From Candidatus Thorarchaeota archaeon (GTDB lineage Archaea > Asgardarchaeota > Thorarchaeia > Thorarchaeales > Thorarchaeaceae), in contig JAEOTX010000243.1 in the NCBI GenBank assembly GCA_016839605.1, positions 1-12,847 of the forward strand: DNA of 12,847 bases, in the 5' to 3' direction. The notes beneath the pieces were generated by a model, which saw only the letters and a list, made by a program, of their open reading frames with translations, was not told where the DNA came from and searched no databases. Numbering within the stretch: the first letter of the stretch is position 1; every line of letters begins with the position of its first letter. The position numbers and the translations under genes were made by a program. Positions 7,099 to 12,847 of this stretch are shown in pieces.

Positions 7099-8034
7099 AT
7101 GGTGATCACTCTGGACAAGATTGACATGGCGATTCTTCGGGAGATGCTCGCCAATTGCAGAGCTAGTTATAGGGCGATTGCTAGAAGGACGGGTCTAAGT
7201 CCAAATGCAGCCAAGAATCGTGTTGAGAATCTGATTGAAGGAGGAGCAATCACTCGATTTGTTGTCAAATTAGATACTAAGGCGGCAGGTGCAGGTTGTT
7301 TCCTAGGGTTCGTCCTTACTGATGGGACTGAGAGTATTCAGGATTTCTTGTCCTGCATTGGAGAAAACCCCATGGTCTTTCACGCAAGTGAACTTCTTTG
7401 TATAACTGGGGGCGCATATCTCGTTGCTGGTGAACATCCAAGCTCGGCTATGCTCGATGAGTATGAAGCCTTCCTTAGAACCTTAGAAGAGGTTCAGTCT
7501 GTCGAGTTTCACCCAATGCACTCTACTGACGCTGGACAAGGGCTCAAGGCTAAATTCACAGGAATACAACTGAAAGTCTTGAAATGCCTATTTCAGAATC
7601 CTCGCATGCAGATCAACGAGATTGCTGAGATGACTGGGATGGCATCTAAGACCGTCCGTAGAGCACTGAAAGAGTTGATGGATGGTGGGAAAGTCATGCT
7701 CTCAGCCAGTATTGATCCACCGGCAGTGGGAATTGTGGACATATTCTTTCGAATCACCTGGAACAACGAGATGATATCAGTTGATGAGTTAATTGAATGG
7801 CTTTGGAGCGAATATCCTAATAGGTTATGGTATCCATGGATCTCAGAATCCGAGAAGGTAATATTTGCAGACTTTTTTGTGGGGAGTCTTCTCGAAGCCG
7901 AAACGATAGCGAAACAGATTAGAGAGTCTCCATTTGTTGTATCGTCTACGCTACTAGTGACCCTTTCCGCTGCGAAGTTTCCCTATTATCCAGAAGTGAA
8001 ACTCAAGGAGATCTTGGATGATGCAGGTGTCTGA
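7099..8034 (+). CDS. Lrp/AsnC-like transcriptional regulator with two winged-HTH modules (paralog 1)
   Basis: LDKIDMAILREMLANCRASYRAIARRTGLSPNAAKNRVENL and QLKVLKCLFQNPRMQINEIAEMTGMASKTVRRALKEL are each an AsnC-type HTH followed by a putative effector domain. The start may be CTG 7111. Confidence 0.88.
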   Translation: MVITLDKIDMAILREMLANCRASYRAIARRTGLSPNAAKNRVENLIEGGAITRFVVKLDTKAAGAGCFLGFVLTDGTESIQDFLSCIGENPMVFHASELLCITGGAYLVAGEHPSSAMLDEYEAFLRTLEEVQSVEFHPMHSTDAGQGLKAKFTGIQLKVLKCLFQNPRMQINEIAEMTGMASKTVRRALKELMDGGKVMLSASIDPPAVGIVDIFFRITWNNEMISVDELIEWLWSEYPNRLWYPWISESEKVIFADFFVGSLLEAETIAKQIRESPFVVSSTLLVTLSAAKFPYYPEVKLKEILDDAGV

Positions 8035-8049
8035 AATCCAATCAGAGGC

Positions 8050-8080
8050 TGCTTGTGAAGCAATCATGCTTGTAAGCAAT
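8050..8080. promoter_or_regulatory. Two tandem palindromic boxes TGCTT-N(2-3)-AAGCA; candidate regulator binding sites
   Basis: TGCTTGTGAAGCAAT (8050-8064) and TGCTTGTAAGCAAT (8067-8080), directly upstream of the AT-rich GATAAATCA (8088-8096) before regulator paralog 2. Confidence 0.5.
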
Positions 8081-8161
8081 GGCAACTGATAAATCAAAAC
8101 CACATCCATAGTTTGCAACAAGCATTTGGAAACAAAGCATGTCGCTAACAGCACGAATTGG

Positions 8162-9097
8162 ATGGTGGTCACTCTGGACAAAATCGACATGGCGATTCTT
8201 CGTGAGTTGGTCGTCAACTGCAGAGCCAGCTATAGGGCAATTGCTAGAAAGACCGGACTCAGTCCAAATGCCGCCAAGAACCGTGTTGAGAGAATAATTG
8301 AGAGCGGGGGAATAACTGGCTTCACGATGAAGCTCAGGAGTAAAGCAGCAGGTGTAGGTTGTTTTCTGGGACTTGTTTCTACTGATGGGACTGAAGACAT
8401 TCAGGATTTTATGTCCCGCATTGGAGAAAACCCCATGGTCACGCATGTAATCGAATTGGTGTGTGCAAGTGGGGGCGAGTATTTGGTTTCAGGTGAACAT
8501 CCAAGCCACACTATGCTACACGAGTATGAGACCTTCTTGAGAGACTTAGATGGGGTTCAGGATGTTGAGTTTCACACAATGCATACACCAGACGGCAGGC
8601 AGGGTTGTACAGCCAATTTCTCACGGGTACAGCTGAAGGTCTTGAAATGCTTGGTGCAAGATGCTCGAATGCAAGTCAACGAGATTGCTGAAATGACAGG
8701 GATGGCGGCTAAGACCGTCCGTAGAGCACTGAGAGAGTTGATGGATGGTGGGGATCTCAGATTTACAGTCAGCTTCGGCCAAGCGAATAGAGGAGTTGTT
8801 GAAATTATGGTGCGCATCACCTGGGATGATGAGATGATATCAGAAGATGAACTCATTGAGTGGCTTCGGAATGAATATCCTGATGAGTTCTGGGCTCCAT
8901 GGACCTCAGAATCTGAGGCAGTATTGTTCGCGGCCTTTTCCGTGGGGGCCCTTCTCGATGCACAAAGGATATCACACCGCATTAGAGAAACTCCTTTTGT
9001 CACTTCGAGTACGCTAATGGTGTACCTCCATGCTGAGAATTTCCCCTGTTATTCAGAGATGAAACTCAAAGAAATCCTGGAAGATGTGGGTATCTGA
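8162..9097 (+). CDS. Lrp/AsnC-like transcriptional regulator with two winged-HTH modules (paralog 2)
   Basis: Colinear with paralog 1 over 311 aa when started at ATG 8162 (similarity begins there, not at TTG 8126). The start may be CTG 8174. Confidence 0.88.
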   Translation: MVVTLDKIDMAILRELVVNCRASYRAIARKTGLSPNAAKNRVERIIESGGITGFTMKLRSKAAGVGCFLGLVSTDGTEDIQDFMSRIGENPMVTHVIELVCASGGEYLVSGEHPSHTMLHEYETFLRDLDGVQDVEFHTMHTPDGRQGCTANFSRVQLKVLKCLVQDARMQVNEIAEMTGMAAKTVRRALRELMDGGDLRFTVSFGQANRGVVEIMVRITWDDEMISEDELIEWLRNEYPDEFWAPWTSESEAVLFAAFSVGALLDAQRISHRIRETPFVTSSTLMVYLHAENFPCYSEMKLKEILEDVGI

Positions 9098-9108
9098 AAG
9101 TCAAACAT

Positions 9109-9840
9109 CTATGCCATACTGCGTTTCAACACCCATTCACAAGCTGCTAGCATCAGAAACAAGAAAGCGACTAGTGCACCTATATTGGTAAAGGAGATTA
9201 GTAGTTCAGGAACTTCCAAGGTAGCCATTCTCAATGCGTTCACGGAGTATGTCAGAGGTAGAAAATATGCAATGACTTGGAGTATGAAAGGCATGGCTTG
9301 CACAGGGATGAATACGCCACAGAGGAATATCATTGGGAACCGGAAGAAGTTCGAGAGAGTCTGAGCCTCGAATACCTCAGTCACTGACACTGCTACTAGA
9401 GCACCAAGCGCTGAAAGTGTCAGAAGAGTCAGAACAAGAGCAACAAAGAACAAGAGTGGGTCTATCAGGACCATGCCAAACATCGTGATCGTGACGAGCA
9501 TCATTACTCCAGAGATCATTCCTCCAAAGACCGCACCTCCCAGTACTTTTCCAATCAGGAGTGACCTTATCGATATCGGAGCCAACAAGAGACGTTCAAG
9601 TGCACCAATGCGTCGTTCAAACGTAATGACTATTGCCTCCATGCTTGTCGTGCCAAAGACCGCAGCCATAGCTATGAGACCTGGTGCAAGAAAGACAAGT
9701 CCAGTTGGGTCTCTAAGCAAGAACGCAAGAGTAAGAACCAGTGGGAATAGGATGCCCCAGCTGATGTTGGGAGGTTTGAAATAGTACGCGCGGAGGTCCT
9801 TCATGAGAATGTAGTAAATCCCACTCAGCTCGTTACGCAG
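9109..9840 (-). CDS. ABC-2 type exporter permease
   Basis: Six hydrophobic segments plus motifs FERRIGALERLLLAPI, FPMIFLCGVFIPV and LPLTYSVNALR. The frame stays open upstream of ATG 9804 as LRNELSGIYYIL, which looks like the usual N-terminal amphipathic helix, so the start is tentatively placed at CTG 9840. The conservative start is 9804. Confidence 0.88.
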   Translation of the reverse strand: MRNELSGIYYILMKDLRAYYFKPPNISWGILFPLVLTLAFLLRDPTGLVFLAPGLIAMAAVFGTTSMEAIVITFERRIGALERLLLAPISIRSLLIGKVLGGAVFGGMISGVMMLVTITMFGMVLIDPLLFFVALVLTLLTLSALGALVAVSVTEVFEAQTLSNFFRFPMIFLCGVFIPVQAMPFILQVIAYFLPLTYSVNALRMATLEVPELLISFTNIGALVAFLFLMLAACEWVLKRSMA

Positions 9841-9842
9841 CC

Positions 9843-10826
9843 CTATTTTCTTCCACCCCCCTTTTCCGCTCGTAGTCTATCTGGGGAGCATCCTGTGATT
9901 TCGACGAATGCCTCCTCAAGGGTTGCTCGTACTGTGTCCAATGTTTCCACTGACACACCTGCATCAGAAAGCGTATTGATAATGACAGGCAAGGATACAC
10001 CAGGGTTTTCGATTCGGATGTTTATGATACGTCCATCATGTTCTAGTTCGCCTAGATCATCTAACTTCGAGAGTAGAGATTTGTCTGGTGAACTGGACAA
10101 CTCTGCTCGGATGACGGGCTGGGTTGCTACACGTCTCTTGATAGCATCAGGAGTGTCCGTTACAACGATCTTGCCCTGCATGATTATGGCTATCCGATCA
10201 CAGAGCCTATCAGCCTCCTCAATATAATGAGTTGTCAAGAAAACTGTTGTTTCCTCAGTACCGAGTCGCTCGATGAACTCTCTAAGAGTCTGCGCGCTGA
10301 CAACATCAAGGCCGACGGTGGGTTCATCCATGAAGACAACTTCAGGCGAATGGACTAGCGCAGCAGCTATCACGACTCGGCGTTTCAGACCTTTTGATAG
10401 CTTTCCAAACTTTGTATCCTTTCTCGACTGCAGGTCAAAGGACTGAAGGATGTCTTCGATTCGTCCCTGCTTTTCCTGTTTGGGCATGTGATATAGCCGA
10501 GATATGAAAAGCAGATTGTCCCACACTGATAGTTCGTCATACAGGTTAGAGACCTCGGGCACTACACCCACACGACGTTTCACTTCTACAATATCATCAG
10601 TAATGCTGTGGCCAGCCACCATAGCCGTGCCTTCACTGGGCGTAGTTAGGCCTACAAGCATGCGGATTGTGGTAGTCTTGCCAGCTCCATTAGGTCCTAG
10701 AAAACCAAAGACCTCGCCCTTGCTAACTCTGAAGGATATGTCGTCAACAGCCAAGAGAGTACCATAATTCTTTGTGAGTCCTATGGCTTCAATAGCAGGC
10801 GGATCCATCGTGATGCCTTCAGTCAT
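9843..10826 (-). CDS. ABC transporter ATP-binding protein (DrrA/multidrug ABC-2 type)
   Basis: Walker A GPNGAGKTT, signature variant LSKGLKRR, Walker B VVFMDEP, H-loop LTTHY, C-terminal TLEEAF. Start uncertain (10838 GTG, 10826 ATG or 10808 ATG). Confidence 0.93.
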   Translation of the reverse strand: MTEGITMDPPAIEAIGLTKNYGTLLAVDDISFRVSKGEVFGFLGPNGAGKTTTIRMLVGLTTPSEGTAMVAGHSITDDIVEVKRRVGVVPEVSNLYDELSVWDNLLFISRLYHMPKQEKQGRIEDILQSFDLQSRKDTKFGKLSKGLKRRVVIAAALVHSPEVVFMDEPTVGLDVVSAQTLREFIERLGTEETTVFLTTHYIEEADRLCDRIAIIMQGKIVVTDTPDAIKRRVATQPVIRAELSSSPDKSLLSKLDDLGELEHDGRIINIRIENPGVSLPVIINTLSDAGVSVETLDTVRATLEEAFVEITGCSPDRLRAEKGGGRK

Positions 10827-10933
10827 CACCAATCCCACGTGATTGGATGCTTTAGATTCTCTGACAAGACGGCCTTATTATGCTATTTGGAAAAGGTACT
10901 GCTCAAGGGATCCTGTTTTGTAGTATCTGCTCC

Positions 10934-10960
10934 TGCAGCGTTCTCGCTTCGAGAGCTGCA
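10934..10960. promoter_or_regulatory. Inverted repeat in the divergent intergenic region
   Basis: TGCAGC-gt-TCTCG-ctt-CGAGA-GCTGCA: 11 bp stem with a 2-nt bulge, lying between TATA-like boxes at about 10875-10881 (-) and 10990-10996 (+). Confidence 0.45.
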
Positions 10961-11033
10961 ATCAATATCTCATCATGTCAAAGGTTCTGTTAAATAGAGG
11001 TTAGCAGGAATATGACAAAAACAGGTGAAAATC

Positions 11034-11480
11034 ATGGTTTCAGAGAGTGCCGTTGGGGCAGCTTCAAAATACTTCTCGAATGAGTACAACTGTGCTCAAG
11101 CAGTCTTCCGAGCTATATTGGAACACAAAGGGGCATATTTCGATGAGGGAACTCAATTGGCTTCAGGATTTGGTGGGGGAATCACCTATACAGGTCAGCA
11201 ATGCGGCGCCCTCTCAGGAGCGATCATGGCTATTGGTTTGTTAGTAGGGAAGAAGGTTTCGGATGTGAGAGAACACAAAGCGGAGACTTACAAGCGGTCT
11301 TCAGAGTTGTTATCAAGATTCAAAGAGCAGTTCGGGACAATCATATGCGATGATCTGACTGGAGTGAACATGAGTGACCTTGAGGTTAAGAAGAAAGCAA
11401 TTGAGCGCGGTCACTTCGAGGAGGTCTGTCCTAAGTTCGTCAAGGAAACGGTCAGAATTCTAACTGACATGTTCCCCTAG
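11034..11480 (+). CDS. C-GCAxxG-C-C family putative redox protein
   Basis: YNCAQAV, GFGGG, QCGALSG, ICDDL and VCPKFV give the family's four-Cys pattern. SD AGGTGA at 11023-11028 favours ATG 11034 over GTG 11025. Confidence 0.9.
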   Translation: MVSESAVGAASKYFSNEYNCAQAVFRAILEHKGAYFDEGTQLASGFGGGITYTGQQCGALSGAIMAIGLLVGKKVSDVREHKAETYKRSSELLSRFKEQFGTIICDDLTGVNMSDLEVKKKAIERGHFEEVCPKFVKETVRILTDMFP

Positions 11481-11507
11481 CCATCAATCTTCTCGAATGA
11501 TATTGAG

Positions 11508-11819
11508 TCATTTCTTTCTCTTCAAGTTCAGGAATTTGCCATCCTTCACCTGTGCAAGATATCTCCGACCCTGCATGACCCACATTATCTGATGGCCTTC
11601 TTGTGCTAGCTTCGCCCATTTCGAGTCCTTGTGCGGATTCTGTTCGATATACGTGTACCCTCCTCTCTCCACAAGTCTGACCTTACTTTTCGCTGTCTGT
11701 CTTATTGGATAGACGTTTTCATCTATCTCAACAGTATCGGATCCTCCAAATATTGCATCAAAAGCCGTAATAGCTACCTCTTCCAAGTTGTCAATCCTTT
11801 CTACTTCATCAGACATCAT
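11508..11819 (-). CDS. Small hypothetical protein (~103 aa)
   Basis: Protein-like sequence with motif YIEQNPHKDSKWAKLAQEGHQIMWV. Start trimmed to ATG 11819/11816 to avoid overlap with the upstream ICMT gene. Confidence 0.7.
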   Translation of the reverse strand: MMSDEVERIDNLEEVAITAFDAIFGGSDTVEIDENVYPIRQTAKSKVRLVERGGYTYIEQNPHKDSKWAKLAQEGHQIMWVMQGRRYLAQVKDGKFLNLKRKK

Positions 11820-11862
11820 AGCTCGATAAGAATAGTCAACAGACCGCTTTAGTGTTTCCGAA

Positions 11863-12501
11863 CTATCGTTTTTCTTCTCCATCCCGATGAAATTGAGGAA
11901 ATAGTCGACCACTCTGCTTCATATACTCACTATACTCATCCCCGAACTGCTCAATCATCATCTGTTCTTCACTCGGGATTCTCCTGTAGTTCACCCATAT
12001 TGAGAATGCGAAGAAGATAAACACAAGCAGGTCTGAGGCAATGAGTATCAACCCTGCGGTATAGACGAATATCCCAAGATACATTGGATGCCTTACTCGA
12101 CTATAAGGACCGCTAGTTATCAACTTGTGATCCTCTTGTAGCTCCAAGGCAATAGACCATTGCGTATCGAGGTGCCGATGGACCCAGATCAAGTAAAATA
12201 GAGGAGGGATTGCCATGACTATTCCCAGCCACTGTACAAGTTCTCCCAGAGGCAGCTTTGTCCAAACCCACCAGGGCGGTGACAAGAGATAGAGGATGAG
12301 TCCGGCTCCCCCCACTATGGTGATGATCGCTGTGAGAATCATGACACCCCTCCCCATCTCCTGATCTGCTGTCTTCAGCTTCTCTTTAATTCCAACCAGA
12401 CTATCATGCGTCTTAGTCTTCCGTCCATAATATCCTCTGACAATTCCCAGCATAATCCATAGGAGAACGAACGAAATGCGAAAGAAGATTTCAGATGTCA
12501 T
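11863..12501 (-). CDS. Isoprenylcysteine carboxyl methyltransferase (ICMT/Ste14) family membrane protein
   Basis: HKLITSGPYSRVRHPMYLG and EEQMMIEQFGDEYSEYMKQSGRLFP motifs, multiple TM helices. SD-like GGGTGG precedes ATG 12501. Confidence 0.9.
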   Translation of the reverse strand: MTSEIFFRISFVLLWIMLGIVRGYYGRKTKTHDSLVGIKEKLKTADQEMGRGVMILTAIITIVGGAGLILYLLSPPWWVWTKLPLGELVQWLGIVMAIPPLFYLIWVHRHLDTQWSIALELQEDHKLITSGPYSRVRHPMYLGIFVYTAGLILIASDLLVFIFFAFSIWVNYRRIPSEEQMMIEQFGDEYSEYMKQSGRLFPQFHRDGEEKR

Positions 12502-12648
12502 TGGAATACCCACCCACTTAATGTTAGATGCCTCTAACTTTAATATGCATCGGACAAAGCATTGATTCTATCTAAAAAAGAGTCGAAAAGTGTATAGGCT
12601 TTCTAACACCGTTTCAAGTGTCACAGTTTCTGGAGGCGTCATATAAAG

Positions 12649-12847
12649 ATGGAGGAGATCTTCTACAGAATAGCGCTTGGTGTTCTAATCATAGCCTTCT
12701 TTTTAATTCGAGCTCCTAGCGTCATAAGCGCTTCAAAGACCGAGAAGGTCGAGGACAAGAAACCGGCAAGGGAGAGGTTACTTGTGCTTCTTAACTTCAT
12801 AGGAATGCTAGGCATTCCAGTTATCTACATACTGACCAACTGGCTGG
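12649..12847 (+). CDS. 5' fragment of a membrane protein, probably a second ICMT-family paralog (partial, runs off the right edge)
   Basis: MEEIFYRIALGVLIIAFFLIRAPSVISASKTEKVEDKKPARERLLVLLNFIGMLGIPVIYILTNWL. Its N-terminus resembles the neighbour's MTSEIFFRISFVLLWIMLGIVRG...LILYLLSPPWW. GGAGG at 12632-12636. Confidence 0.65.
   Translation, partial: MEEIFYRIALGVLIIAFFLIRAPSVISASKTEKVEDKKPARERLLVLLNFIGMLGIPVIYILTNWL

Noticed and set aside
6936-8217. Similar-looking antisense ORFs 6936..7154 and 7954..8217 (SRRIAMSILSRV)
   Set aside because: The similarity is just the reverse complement of the paralogous regulator N-termini.
263-10767. Remaining short alternative-frame ORFs in the track (e.g. 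553..756, 5553..6020, 6281..6661, 8572..9003, 9473..9784, 9895..10227, 10504..10767)
   Set aside because: All lie within or largely overlap well-supported genes and have no recognisable motifs.
12527-12551. GATGC-N15-GCATC inverted repeat overlapping the TATA-like box of the ICMT gene
   Set aside because: Arms are only 5 bp, which is expected by chance.

Overview
Gene-dense archaeal-looking chromosomal window with GGAGG/GGTGA Shine-Dalgarno motifs and TATA-like boxes. The double-wHTH Lrp/AsnC-like regulators and the Ig-like surface repeats resemble Asgard/Thorarchaeota proteins, but that taxonomy is an inference. In order: 3' end of an ICMT/PEMT-like membrane methyltransferase; a family VIII/beta-lactamase-like serine hydrolase (-); four + strand secreted/surface proteins (small beta-rich protein, LamG + C-terminal helical FIMAH-like domain, membrane-anchored Ig-repeat protein, beta-propeller + choice-of-anchor-D + helical tail); two tandem paralogous double-HTH regulators; an ABC-2 exporter (ATPase + permease, -); a C-GCAxxG-C-C protein; a small hypothetical; and a head-to-head pair of ICMT-family genes. 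Three signals stand out. (i) A 149-bp non-coding element is duplicated at ~72% identity (hand alignment) in front of two unrelated secreted-protein genes. (ii) Several genes have their best SD pointing at a non-canonical CTG (or ATA) start. (iii) The surface cluster pairs soluble proteins ending in helical tails with one TM-anchored Ig protein, suggesting a docking system. No rRNA, tRNA, CRISPR array or mobile element was seen.
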